Notes: generated by a model from the letters alone, not told the origin. 64,000 bases of DNA from Lingula anatina (GCA_051362555.1 CM120649.1:9300001-9364000), one strand, 5' to 3'. Counted from the first letter of the stretch, positions 9,544 through 20,978 are shown. Program-made: numbers and translations.

Positions 9544-12443
9544 CTCAAGTTTCTTCATATTTCAAGAAGTTTTCCCTAAAATTCAATAAAATTTGCAATA
9601 ATAATAAAATACGGCACTGGATGTTTTACATTGACCTGTTTTAATGCATCTATTATGATTTATATACCGTTGTTCATATAATACAAAGCATTATATCTCA
9701 CTAGAATACATGTATAAATATATCTAAAATATTAACAAATCTTGTCTGATTAAATTTCACTGTATATTTCGCCTTTCCATGCTACTAGTTTTCTTTTATA
9801 AGAATGAAGGGAATAAATTCAGTAGTGTTTTATTATGTACAGTTAAATCCTGTCTTATTAAAGAGAAAAATCAACAATGTCTACATTCAAGTTTTGTTGT
9901 AAAACCATTCAATTACATGAAATTTTTCATAATTTTATAAGTACCCACATGAAAACATTTTTGTTTTTGACTACAGTGTTTTTGACTATTTGACTTTTCA
10001 TGCCATGTTTTAAAGATTATTAAACTTTTCACAGTTCGTATATTTTATCGGGGGTGGGGGACTGAATTTATCAATCAATCAGAAGGATGGTCATGAGAAA
10101 ATTTGAATGCTGCCAGGGGTGTTCTCAAAAATTTTTTGGGGGGAGGGAGGCGGGACACAGGCAGTTTCTCCCCGCCCCTCTGATTTAAATAGTGCCCGGT
10201 CCCTTAGAAGTGATCAGATTTTGGTGATGAACCATTAATTAATCAATTAGTACATCAATAGTTAATAATTTGGCTTGGCGTTGGTCTGCGTTCAGTGAGT
10301 CTAGTTGACGACGAGATGGCGAATGATACATTTAAAGAAACTACATCAGAGAGAACCCCACTGGTGCCAGGCTTCGCGCACTTGTTTCTATCTTTTATCA
10401 GTCCCAGTTGAAAAGCAGAGATGAAAAACAAATTATACGATATGTGAGGCTCCGATATCCGGTATGTTCTGCTATGGGGACGTCTCTAGACAACGAATGA
10501 TGTAATATTGAATATATAAATATATATAATAAAAAATAAATCATAATAGAATCAATCAAGAAGTCAGTACTCACCAATTCACATGCATTACCAGGCCTGC
10601 TGCTGGCACACGTCAGGTAGCGACATTCGAAATAAACGTTGTCAGAGCCGGAGAACTTGAAGCTCTGAAATGGCGGCGATAGCGTTATAAAGCGCTCGCT
10701 GGTTGACGGCACGGCGATGAAACCTGCGTCAGACGGGACAAGGCCGTCAAGCCCGCACCTGCAATAGGCAACAAACTCACACAGTTTTGTTACAAATATA
10801 ATATATACGTACCCTTCACACGCGAACAGACCATGAGCTATAGCTTATCCATTTCAGGAATACAAGGGGTCCGTTTGTCCTTTTTAATGTGATATAAGGC
10901 ACTCCAAACCTTAGCTCCATGTGCCCCATGTGTTACACATGAATACATTTTCCAACGAGGTGTATTATTGTGAAATATGTATAAATCAAATTCTGGAACT
11001 TATATTTAGCAACTTACCGGCGTAATTCTACTGGATGACTGAAAACATTCACTCATTTAGCAAAGGCGAAGAATTCTTTGTTACAATGTAAAGCAATGTT
11101 GGTACATTTAAAATTTTGAAAATATAGTTTATACTACGGGCAGGGAATAGCAAAATGAAACAAAGACCAAATATTAGAAGAACCATAAATCTAAGAGAAG
11201 AATCACCCGAAAAGAAGGAATCAGTTAATTTAAGACCGAAGTGATAATTGTAGTCAAGCCGTGGTCAAAGGTCAACTAAGGATCCAGTAAAGTGAAAGCA
11301 GCAACGTTGCCATCTTACCCATTGTCAGCAGTCAGCGTCACTGTTCGGAATTTTTTTACAGATTCATGCGCCGCGCATTTTGTCACTCGCAATCCCTGGT
11401 GGGCTGAAAATATAATTGTATGAGATATTAAAGACATTTAGCCTCTTTAAAAGAATAACAGAAAAGATTTAAATGTTTATGTAGAACATAATGTTATATA
11501 GCTTTTAACGGAATTAGATGTTATGTTTTGATATCACTTACACATGTTGTATTGCATGTTGCGTCAACTGTTGTGTTTGATAACCGTGGGACTGGGGCCG
11601 GCAGATATGCTAAGGTGACTATATAAAATAAACTCTATGTCCCAGCCTTATCCGGACAAGCAAAGACCATTCACCTGTTCACCAAAGGAGTGCGCCAGCT
11701 GACTGGAGGAGCGACAATTAACTGAAACCGTGGAAACCAAAACTGAGACAAAATGTGCGAATAGTTGGATATATTACCTGTATTCTTAAGCAGGGTTAGG
11801 CGCACCTGTATGGACTGTCCGACTTCAATGGTGCTCACGACTTCTGAGCTACCACCCTTGATAATGTCCATGGTGATTTCAGCGGCCCCAGCCAAGGTGC
11901 TCGCAGAACCGCAAAACTCCACATTTTGAATGGATGTAAGCGATAACTTACCTAAAAAAGATCATTAACACTCTGTCAGTAGTTCATCCTAGGGCCAAAT
12001 CTGTAAGCTGCATCACTGAACTACCACAGTTTTCTTCATAGCAGGTGGACACAGGACATATAGGTACTCTTATATTGCAAAATAAAAAAAAAAAAAAATA
12101 GCACTTGTGGGCACCTTTGTCCTTGAATTTACATATGACAGTGCAACGTACAAACACATGCACACATACAAGCACGTGCACACACAACTCTGTGTAATAG
12201 TACAAACACACACCACACATTTCGACAGCAGTATTCACTACTGCCTAGGTAAGAATTGGGTATACTTTCTGGCTAAAGATAGCCTCCAGAGGCAGTCACT
12301 TTCGTGGCTACCACCATTTGCCACTTCCAACAGAAGTGACTGACCAGACCAGGGCACGCACCTGTCCGTCCTGAACATAGCGGCCCCGCCACGGATACAA
12401 CGCCACTCAGCAGCCACAGGTACAGGAACGAGGAATCTGCCAT
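1..12443 (-). CDS. Spliced gene (3' end outside window): secreted protein with signal peptide, ZP-C-like domain, Thr/Ser/Pro linker and >=3 calcium-binding EGF domains; 10 exons in window
   Basis: Exons 12443-12362, 11951-11778, 11403-11319, 10758-10575, 5148-4818, 4297-4244, 4157-4119, 3654-3526, 2952-2830 and 49-1 join in frame with GT-AG boundaries. ZP-C-like motifs: [27 protein letters not shown]. cbEGF motifs: DVDEC/DIDEC...C..N..GS..C.C. Confidence 0.82.
248..510. mobile_element. Harbinger/Tourist-like MITE, family H1 (degenerate copy)
   Basis: cattccc...gggaag termini with GATCGATC subterminal motif, similar to copies at 21396, 31299, 32336 and 53154; TTA on the left only. Confidence 0.5.
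760..1860 (+). mobile_element. Degraded non-LTR retrotransposon (LINE) ORF2 3' part, interrupted by a MITE
   Basis: [11 protein letters not shown]|[20 protein letters not shown] and [10 protein letters not shown] are typical post-RT and C-terminal Zn-knuckle motifs of invertebrate LINEs; frameshifted. Confidence 0.7.
865..1286. mobile_element. PIF/Harbinger-type MITE
   Basis: >40-bp TIR (tgcccctatttcacacagaccacgaatcccacgaatcgccagg), TTA TSD at 862-864 and 1287-1289, repeated internal CGAAT motifs. Confidence 0.9.
2451..2734. mobile_element. CACTA/EnSpm-like (CCC-terminus) MITE
   Basis: TIR cccgcacgaaaatgcagta / tactgcgttttcgtgcggg, 2-bp GT flanks on both sides, repeated GCAGTA subterminal motifs. 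Confidence 0.7.
2830..2952 (-). CDS. ZP-C/EGF gene exon 9: calcium-binding EGF ([41 protein letters not shown])
   Basis: cbEGF consensus in ORF 2639..2977; gtag acceptor and G|gtaag donor; 123 nt, phase 1-1. Confidence 0.92.
3526..3654 (-). CDS. ZP-C/EGF gene exon 8: calcium-binding EGF ([33 protein letters not shown]...C)
   Basis: 6-Cys cbEGF consensus; actcag acceptor and G|gttag donor; 129 nt, phase 1-1. Confidence 0.9.
4119..4157 (-). CDS. ZP-C/EGF gene exon 7 ([12 protein letters not shown])
   Basis: atttttcattaag acceptor and AAG|gtaaag donor; 39 nt, phase 1-1; mucin-like composition. Confidence 0.6.
4244..4297 (-). CDS. ZP-C/EGF gene exon 6 ([17 protein letters not shown])
   Basis: ttattgcag acceptor and CAG|gtaaa donor; 54 nt, phase 1-1. 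Confidence 0.65.
4818..5148 (-). CDS. ZP-C/EGF gene exon 5: basic/Ser-Thr linker (PHCQTTED...ATTQGPNTT)
   Basis: catgtag acceptor and G|gtaagt donor; 331 nt open, phase 0-1; includes ORF 4801..4995. Confidence 0.78.
5703..9125 (-). mobile_element. Helentron-type non-autonomous element (HINE family A) with 161-bp tandem array
   Basis: One end has subTIR+IR atgtacagacac..gtgtctgtacat and a (CGGCAA)n microsatellite; the other has the subTIR plus short hairpin ggcagcaaagctgtc; ~161-bp units at ~8390-9030. Confidence 0.75.
9208..9266 (-). ncRNA. Minimal type I hammerhead ribozyme variant (Penelope-like-element type)
   Basis: AACCUC-CUGACGA-UCA-GGCAUACC(UUCUG)GGUAUGCC-CGU-GAAA-CUCGGAG-UC-GGGGUU; stems I and II pair, stem III is tiny and near-palindromic. 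Confidence 0.65.
9322..9378 (+). ncRNA. Second, more decayed hammerhead variant, inverted partner of 9208-9266
   Basis: ACCUC-CUGAUGA-(stem II partly decayed)-GAAA-UUCAGAG-UU-GAGGU. Confidence 0.55.
9465..9540. repeat. (TA)n microsatellite
   Basis: Direct reading. Confidence 0.98.
10575..10758 (-). CDS. ZP-C/EGF gene exon 4 ([13 protein letters not shown]...[21 protein letters not shown]...ACEL)
   Basis: ttgcag acceptor and TTG|gtgagt donor; 184 nt; ZP-C F..F.F and Y..C....C pattern; overlaps ORF 10398..10712. Confidence 0.88.
11319..11403 (-). CDS. ZP-C/EGF gene exon 3 ([28 protein letters not shown])
   Basis: ttttcag acceptor and GG|gtaag donor; 85 nt; first ZP-C cysteine and the NG of the DNGC motif. 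Confidence 0.85.
11778..11951 (-). CDS. ZP-C/EGF gene exon 2 ([14 protein letters not shown]...VRLTLLKNT), start of ZP-C-like domain
   Basis: Acceptor ttttttag and donor G|gtaat; 174 nt, phase 1-1; overlaps ORF 11671..11922. Confidence 0.8.
12362..12443 (-). CDS. ZP-C/EGF gene exon 1: signal peptide [27 protein letters not shown]
   Basis: ATG at 12443, hydrophobic N-terminus, phase-1 donor CAG|GTGCGT matching the next exon's phase. Confidence 0.72.
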
Positions 12444-14301
12444 CTTTCCGCTCAACAATGTCCTCTCTGACCCCTGACCGCCCACCTAGCCCTGGGTAGC
12501 ACTGGTCACCCCTGCCCAAGCTATGTTAGCTATAAGCGGCAGAGGACAGGACTGTGGTCGCTTTGACCATAGAACCTTTCCAACCGTAACGCAACACTTT
12601 CTATCCCAGTACGGATTCAAACCTGGCATCTGTCGAATGTTCAAACTGAAATTTAAATCTAAACTGCATACATGGATATAAATTGTTAACATTTCCCTGG
12701 ACTGGTATTTTATTAACTTGTAAAATGCATTAAATAGTATTCAGTTGCAGGTATTTCGACAGTGTCGTTTGGCCTTCTGGTGCATTAAAAAAGGTAACGA
12801 GGAAATAAATTTTTGCAATGTTTTGGTTATGTTTTAAGGGCATCGGTATAAAATGTTTGCCGCATTCTCCATGTGCCCATTCTGGCGTCACTCCCATGTA
12901 AAAACATGCAACCCACGGTTGTGTCCAACAGACGAATTAACTTCGTGCGCCTCTTTACAATAGATTTCGAAATCTACGAAAATATTTTGCATCTTGCGTT
13001 CGAATGCAATATCATCGTTATCATAATCAACTCCCCAGGATTGTTTGCGTTTCGGTGCCGCGTCAGGGTGTTCATTAGCTCGTGTTCATCACGGTTTCTC
13101 CGTGAAAGCACTGTTACTGTACATCCTAGCGTCTACCTTGCTTATGCGGTCACCATTGAAATGTATGACAATAGATTCAAGTATTGGCCTAAGATTATTT
13201 TTCCTTGGGAAACGTTTAAATGTCTTTATGTGCACAAGTTCTCTTGAGCTATGAGGCCATCTTTCCAATTTGTCATGGTTTTTTCGTGAATCTAAAACAG
13301 CGTATATAAATTTATATGATTTCTAAATCTATTCTCTGTCATATAATACAGAGGTAATTTGAAATCGACACTGACAAATACAAAGGGTATGTCTGGCGAG
13401 GAATGCGTTCCCGTTGATTGCTCGAATTATTACAGGAGCTTTTCAACATTTTTATAACAGACTACTATCGCACCCTGTGATCAGGGAGTAAGGATTCATT
13501 ATGTTGAATCATAGTGTGCGCCAAGAGGGTAATGTGGTGAGAGGGTCGTTGTTTGCCCTATTTAGGATTGAGATCATCTGTAGTGATATAAGGTACATGT
13601 AACATTGCTTATTTTCCGTTGGCGATATTTTCAAAAAAAGGGCGCATTTCCCACTTTAGGCATAATGACCAGAAGGACATTTTACTGGCGTGAACGACAT
13701 CATCCGTGAGAAAATCAAAACCAGCTTAAAGTTTGAATAGTTTTAATTCTTTTCCGATAATTTTTTCAGGGGGATTTCCAAAAAAAAAAAAAAAAAAAAA
13801 AGTGTCCAAGAATTGATATGCATCTTCCGATGTACCCAACATAAGACGCCTGTAGGACTGGGATAACGGTTACACTGGCCATCTGTAATATTTCTCACAT
13901 AGTTGAGACTTATAAGTGCCGAAAATAAATTATTCATTTAAGTTTTAAGGTTTTCGAAAGAAGGAGTGTAATTGTTTTTTAATGTGTCTGTTTAAATCTT
14001 TTTATGGATAAAACAGAAAAAGACAAAATGGACAACACTGCATGTAATAGAGCCGTCATAACTCCTTTGCTGGCCTCTTTCCATCGTTACCACAACCTAG
14101 ACATACCTAGAGATCTTATGTGACCATGGTCAAGTACGCTTTATTCGGTATAGGGGGTGTTTTCCGGTGAGGTACGAGGACTTTAATGACAAATAATGTA
14201 CTGCCACCCTACATGAGACACCCTTGAACACCCCTCGTTGACGCTGGAGGTGTTCTGACGTCCATAAGACTCTTATTATGTCCAAGATAAGAACGTTATC
14301 C

Positions 14302-15075
14302 TTGTAGAGCAGAGTGTGTGAATAAAGCACCCTATAGGGCAGAGTGTGTGAAGTAGGTGCTGTATTCACACTATGAATACAGCACCCTGTAGGACAGAGT
14401 GTGTGAATACAGCACCCTGTAGAGCAAATTGTGTGAATACAGCACCCTGTAGAGCAAAGTGTATGAATACAGCACCCTGTAGGGCAGAGTGTGTGAATAC
14501 AGCACCCTGTAGAGCAAATTGTGTGAATACAGCACCCTGTAGAGCAAATTGTGTGAATACAGCACCCTGTAGAGCAAAGTGTATGAATACAGCACCCTGT
14601 AGGGCAGAGTGTGTGAATACAGCACCCTGTAGAGCAAATTGTGTGAATACAGCACCCTGTAGAGCAAATTGTGTGAATACAACACCCTGTAAAGCAGAGT
14701 GTGTGAATAGAACACCCTGTAGAGCAGAGTGTGTGAATAGAACACCCTGTAGAGCAGATTGTGTGAATACAGCACCCTGTAGAGCAAAGTGTATGAATAG
14801 AACACCCTGTAGAGCAGAGTGTGTGAATACAGCACCCTGTAGAGCAAATTGTGTGAATACAGCACCCTGTAGAGCAAATTGTGTGAATACAGCACCCTGT
14901 AAAGCAGAGTGTGTGAATAGAACACCCTGTAGAGCAGAGTGTGTGAATAGAACACCCTGTAGAGCAGAGTGTGTGAATACAGCACCCTGTAGAGCAGATT
15001 GTGTGAATACAGCACCCTGTAGAGCAGAGTGTGTGAATACAGCACCCTGTAGAGCAGATTGTGTGAATACAGCAC
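14302..15075. repeat. 30-bp minisatellite (gtgtgaatacagcaccctgtagagcagagt), ~25 units
   Basis: Period 30 is visible from the line alignment; explains the repetitive ORFs at 14130-15188. Confidence 0.97.
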
Positions 15076-15779
15076 GAGGAGGCTCCCACCACTATTTGAC
15101 ATAGATATGATGTGAAGCACATAACATAACGCAGGCGTTTAGGGCGTTTATAGGTACTGTAGATATATATTTTGCAATCAGAAGGCATGAACCTTTTTTC
15201 TCTGTGTCTACAAAATTCCGTTCGGTTTTAGCTTTGATCCCTTTCTTGTTTATATTTTCGAGTTTTTTTATTTTTTAAATCAGCACAAAGATAAATGCAT
15301 TATTGAATAATTAGATGCAGGAAAAAACTCACTTTTTGGTATCTGGGTGATAATAAAGGGTTACAATACCTTTAAATCTGCATCTTTTTCAAATTTCTGC
15401 TCGTAAACTTGACCGTATCAGTCATAGGACAACTAATTATCCGCCCTTTCATTTCCTTTCGTAATATAACGAAAAAAGAATGGAAGCACAAACCTTGGAC
15501 TATCTCGCTATGTTATAGCACGATAATTATATACTTGTTTTTTAAGTATCTTTGCTACGAGCGAAGTGAAACAAGTATATGAATAACATACGAGGGTATT
15601 TACTACATTGTAGTATCCTCCTGCGATGCACTGTGGAACTTGTTTTTTTATCCTGTTCTGCTCGTTGTCCTGCTGATTTCATTTCAGTTTTGCCTGCTGC
15701 GTTGATTAACCTTTGAGTTAGTCTCCAGTATATTGCTTATTTGATAATTTTAATATAAAGACCCCTATTACGTGTGAAC

Positions 15780-15788
15780 AAAAAAAAA

Positions 15789-15829
<41 letters not shown>

Positions 15830-15855
15830 AATAACATAATAAATAAATAAATAAA

Positions 15856-15908
<53 letters not shown>

Positions 15909-15925
15909 AATAATAATAATAATAA
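15780..15925. repeat. (AAAT)n/(AAT)n microsatellite
   Basis: Direct reading. Confidence 0.95.
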
Positions 15926-18900
15926 AGTGGGGTTAATCTGGATGGTTAGATTTATAGTTGTGTAAATAGTTTTCACCAGATTGGTAATTCTAAAGTCATG
16001 TCGTTTCATTATTAATTAGATGCTATGTGATTAATAACTAATGAATGTTTATTTGAAATTATATTTTATTAGATTCAGACAAATTTTTCAGACAAATTCA
16101 TTAACTATTTAGCATTAATATGATCACCCTGAAATTGCTTCGTCTCATCTAGCACATTTCTATGAGATAAGTTGAAGGCACCAGAGTCATGTTTGGATAA
16201 TTTATTGAATAAGGGTTTGACTTCTATGGTAAGCTTGTGCCCTTTTTCATTTTCCCGGTGAATTATCACCCAAACCTAATATAGAGGTGCAAATGAGGTC
16301 ACAGGCATGCTCTTAAAAATATTTAGTGCACAGATTGCAAACTATGTTTGATTATTTTAGGGTCCCACATGAAGTAGTTTGTATCAAAGATTCACTTTCC
16401 TGGAAACATGAATGATAAAAAAATAATTCATCGTCTAGCCCAAAATGCAAAAACCCCAGCTGTGAAACGTTTTATTCAATTTTGAAAATTCAATCATCAC
16501 TGGTTTTGTTCTTTGATTTATCTCCCACAAGTATAACGTGAAAATTATGGTAGTCTTTTGTATAGAGCAGCTAATTGTTTTTTGAGCGACATTATAGTTT
16601 GCTTGCCACTTAATATTTAAAATAAAAACGGGGAAAATACACCCTTTTAATTCATTCAATTTTATTTTTTGGACACTTCAGCATTTGAAATGCACCTCTA
16701 GTATATTGGGTTTGGGTGTTATAAGCAAAGCAAAGTATGTAAGGTTATCATTTTTTAAAATTATCATAACGGACCATTTCTGAACATAAATTTTGCTTTT
16801 ACAAAAAAAAGAAAAGTCCTCAAAATAGCACATATGTCGAAGACTATATGCACTTTGGAAACGCTGCTTAAGCAACGTTTTCTTTTGCTTAATAAAAAAG
16901 AAAAAAATTTCGACAAATTTCTAACCAAAGCAAAATTCATGGAGTTTTGATAATATTCGATAAAATGAAAGTTCAATCATGTCATGCCAAACAACTTTGG
17001 TCAAAGTTGACGTTACTCTTATAAATGAATACAAATTCCATCGAGGAACATTTTGATTGATTTTAGTAGCGTGAGCGCTATCATAATATTAAAATAGATT
17101 TAGTTTCTTGTATAGGCGTTATGCGCTCATATGCACACCTTGTTCTTTGCCGTGATGCTTATTCTCGCCAGTAAAATAAAAAGGTAGACAAAAATAACTT
17201 TATAAAGATTTGGTGTAGTAAAGGGTGGCTGACACTTTTTGTTTTTATAAAATCTTAACAAAGGTAGGTTTAATGGCACGATTTGGAGAGAACTTAAAAT
17301 TTCGCACTGCACACGAATCAGGAACGGCATAAAAACATGGTCAGTTGACAAGCTTATCCCAGTCATAGCAATATTTAAGGATAATATTCAAACAAAACTG
17401 AAAAGATTTCACAAATTCAGTAACTTTACTCAAGACCAACTTTAATTGGAGCGATGACCTGCACAATATTAGTTAGTCTTTCCACTCAAAAAATCCAAAT
17501 CACTAAATATTTTCATTTGTATATTTTGATAGTGTCTATTTTGCACATTTTATAACAAATGCTTCAAAAACAGTATTTTTGTAATTATTCAGTAAAATCT
17601 CAAATAACTGACAAAACCATAAGAACCGCTTACATGTAGCAATTGTGCTTAAGCGATATTAACATAATTGATGCTACTTCATAAAATCATTTGGGAAAAC
17701 TCTTTACCCCCCTCCCAACCCTTGAAAAGAAGAAAGTTTTACGACGGCTGAAGTTATTTGATTGGCATGCTAATTTTTCGAAATCTTAAATGTAAAGGTA
17801 TTCATAAATGCCATTCCTACATAGACATTTTAAAGCATATGGACAAACATGTTTTTGTATGAAAGAACTTACAGCTCTGCTCTGCGATATTGGCAAAAAA
17901 GTGTTTAACACAAAGGAGCTCATGCACTGCTGAAATTTTGGCAACCCACGGAGGGACCAATTTCTGTATCACGTGGGTAACATACCTTTACCTACTGCAA
18001 TAAGATACGCAGTTATGTTGTAAAAAATCTTTCTATCCCGTTCCCGGTTTCATTTTCTTAAAACAAATGTTTTGACCCCTTCCCAGCACTGTAAATATGT
18101 ATCTGTCACTGATCAGACAAGATATCAAAACACAAAAAACAAATGAAGTTTATTCTTAACAAGCAACACAAAACATCCACTATTTCATGGAAGATCGTTC
18201 CTATACCTGGCCTATATCTGGAATCACGTGGGCACATTTTGTCATTTTCATAACGCTGTAAATTCCGAAGTGTTATAATTTAAGTATTTTTATGTGATTC
18301 ATATGAACTTCTTGCTCTATTCTGAAAATAAACAGTCAATATGTATATATATCTGATTATCTCTCAAAAGTATCACGAAGAAGCATTTATATATATGAAA
18401 TGAAGAAGAAACATTTTCTTTCCATCAAAATCACTAATTAAATTCAAATCACTATCAAAAACATGTTCAAAGCGCAGCTAAGTGCCTAACTGAAGATTTG
18501 CCCAAAGAAAAATTATTACCGTTTTATAGAAAACAGCAGTGGTAGAATAGTACTTCATCCGAACATCGCTTAGTTTTCATCCATCACCTAAGCAAAACAT
18601 TTTATTGAAATTATTTTACCACAGGAGAACTCCAAAAAGTGCCGTGTATAAAATTGTAAAATGTCTGTTTTATAAGAATGAGAAAATGAATTAAATAAAA
18701 TCTGACGTTTTAAGCATGACCCAAACACAACAGCAAAATCCTATCTGGAATACCTCCCGTCAAGATCACGATTGGAATGTTTGTGGATTTTTCACGTTTT
18801 AAATCTGTGTTAAGACCATTAGAGAACGAAAATGTTAGATTTTGCCCGATATCATCATCCATAAACCGATTTTGTAGTTGTCTGTATTAGTTTCCTCGTT

Positions 18901-18934
18901 TATGACACCACAAACAGTTTAAGAATAGAAAACT

Positions 18935-19396
18935 ACATGTATTTATAAAACTGTGCATGAATGTGCGTGTTTTATACAACTACATACACGTATGTCGGCT
19001 TGCGTTTTAATACAGCTCTGTATATAGGAGTAGAGGAGTGCGTTTTATACAACCATTATGTAGGTGTGTGTTTTAAATAATTATGTATGTAGGTGTGTGT
19101 TTTAAATAACTAAGTATGTAGGTGTGTGTTTTAAATAATTATGTATGTAGGTGTGTGTTTTAAATAATTATGTATGTAGGTGTGTGTTTTAAATAACTAA
19201 GTATGTAGGTGTGTGTTTTAAATAATTATGTATGTAGGTGTGTGTTTTAAATAACTAAGTATGTAGGTGTGTGTTTTAAATAACTAAGTATGTAGGTGTG
19301 CCTTTCATACAACCATGCTTGTAGGTGTGTGCTTTATACAACTAAGCTTGTAGGAGTGTTTTATATTACTATCATGGGCGTCCGAAAGAAAAAAAT

Positions 19397-19448
<52 letters not shown>

Positions 19449-19640
19449 GTCATTGAAGGGGGAGATAATGATTAGCTGGGAATAAAAATGAAGTTCCAAA
19501 ATTCCAGGGGTGTCAAGTGACCCCATTGACCCCCCCCCCCACTCTGGACGTCCATGATTACTATGCATGTAGGTGTGCATTTTATACAACTATGTATATG
19601 TGTGTTTAATACAACTATACTTGAAGGGGTCTGTTTTATA
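18935..19640. repeat. 29-bp minisatellite (gtatgtaggtgtgtgttttaaataactaa) with degenerate edges, interrupted by a hAT MITE
   Basis: aggtg recurs at 19091, 19120 etc.; homogeneous core ~19060-19300. Confidence 0.9.
19373..19556. mobile_element. hAT-type MITE containing (GT)n
   Basis: TIR catgggcgtcc / ggacgtccatg; perfect 8-bp TSD ATTACTAT at 19365-19372 and 19557-19564. Confidence 0.88.
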
Positions 19641-19961
19641 CTCCTATGTTGGTTGTAATCCCTCAAGCTTTGGGTACCAGTACCAGCAAGGTCAGATATC
19701 AAGTTGACAAAAACGACCATATTATCTGTAACTACTTTCCGCACAAGGTGCCTACTTTCCAAGCACAAATTCATTTATTAAACTCTAGCAAATGTTTCAA
19801 AGTAATAAACGCAGGAGGAGTAAGGATACAAATTTTACGCAGACTAAATGCATTCCAATTTCCAAACAACAACAAAATGAACTGGTAGACTTACAAAGAA
19901 ATTAATTATTCAGTATTAATTGGGGCTGTGTTGTTGTCTTTTATGAATGAAAATTGAATCA

Positions 19962-20002
19962 TTTATTCTTTTACAGAAATAAGTTACTTTACTCAATTTA
20001 TT
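19962..20002 (-). terminator. Candidate UXS1 polyadenylation signals (AATAAA at 20002-19997 and 19967-19962)
   Basis: First AATAAA hexamers I could find downstream of the stop; imply a ~2-kb 3' UTR. Confidence 0.4.
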
Positions 20003-20978
20003 AACAGAAAAACAAGTGCACAAAATGAAATTCCCAAAATCACTACCATCAGAGCAACTATGGCAAACCCCCACATTTCAAGATAAATGTGCATAACAAG
20101 CGAGACTCACAGCATAGCTGTGTACATTCACTATAATGCATACACAGTACTACAACCAGTCTCAAATAAAATCTGCATGCTAAAATATATTCCAAATCAG
20201 TCACTCCATCAGCAAAAAAGGTTTTAAAAGTGCAATTGCTTGTCGTCAACTTGAACAGCTTATCCATCCCTCCAGTTCAATATGAAACAAAAGGAAATAA
20301 TGAAATAAAACCGTGTGATATTTCTTTCATACCATTTAAAACTATGGGATTGCACTTGGTGGGATCTGGCAGCAATAATCTGACAAAAGTATTTCCTTAT
20401 CTTGCTGGTGAAGTGGATATCTTGGAGGGTATAATTTTGAGATTAACCTCATTACACAAACACTAATTTATAATAGTAATAAATATATGCAAATACTAAT
20501 ATAAATCTAACCAAAATCAGAGATATCTTTTCACATTTTTCGTTGTCCAACCACAAACCCTTGTATAGTATAATTATGAACAAATAATAAAGAACTCCAT
20601 GAAATAAGAGAGTACAACTTCAGGCTTTGGTCAGGTAATGCAATCATCTGCTGAAGTGTAGTGGGCAGGAGGCAAGAACTGGTACTAAACCCATTATACA
20701 ATAACCCATTATAAAATAACAATAGTCAATTTAACTTATATTGCACTAATACTCAATGCATATCAACATATTCATGCAGAATTGCAAAATTGTAGATTCA
20801 TATGCATGGAGTCTAGCTGTATTACATAATTAAAGCTTTTTATCAGCTGTTATTCTACCTGGAATGTTAATGGTGTATGACTTTACACTTTATATTACCA
20901 CAGATTTTTCCAAAAGACAATGGCACAATGCACACCCTCTCTCATCCAGTGAAATGGCACATCAATATCAAAGAGCAA

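Larger units (their letters stand above)
5634..10203. mobile_element. Harbinger-type MITE (GGGA.TGGTCATTATTTA termini) expanded by nested elements
   Basis: Imperfect TIR gggagtggtcattatttaa / tttaaatagtgcccggtccc; TTA TSD at 5631-5633 and 10204-10206. Confidence 0.7.
5540..10307 (+). mobile_element. Helentron-type HINE family C copy, split by nested insertions
   Basis: Removing 5634-10203 restores ...taacttagaagtgat...ttttggtg..., the reverse complement of the copy at 57077-57442; ends in ggtctgcg...tctagtt. Confidence 0.55.

Noticed and set aside
9366-9548. IYIYIY-type ORFs here and at 28368-28699 and 38849-39037, and the FIYL-type ORF at 15737-16009
   Set aside because: Translations of (TA)n or (AAAT)n microsatellites.
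12339-12345. Alternative donor CTG|GTCAGT for the signal-peptide exon
   Set aside because: It is phase 0 and would meet the phase-1 exon 2 out of frame; the GTGCGT donor at 12361 fits.
12555-12630. B-box-like GGTTTGAATCC on the minus strand (tRNA or SINE)
   Set aside because: No cloverleaf and no clear A box; at most a decayed SINE fragment.
14130-15188. Long Cys-rich ORFs (352, 249 and 243 aa) or a CRISPR-like array
   Set aside because: The ORFs arise from a stop-free 30-bp unit on both strands; there are no unique spacers and no cas genes. Kept only as a repeat.
16210-17990. Possible long non-autonomous DNA transposon (aagggtttga... / ...aacataccttta)
   Set aside because: The terminal match is too weak and there is no clear TSD or coding remnant.
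19472-19888. ORFs between the minisatellite and the UXS1 3' end
   Set aside because: No splice-consistent model or motif; they partly run into repeat sequence.
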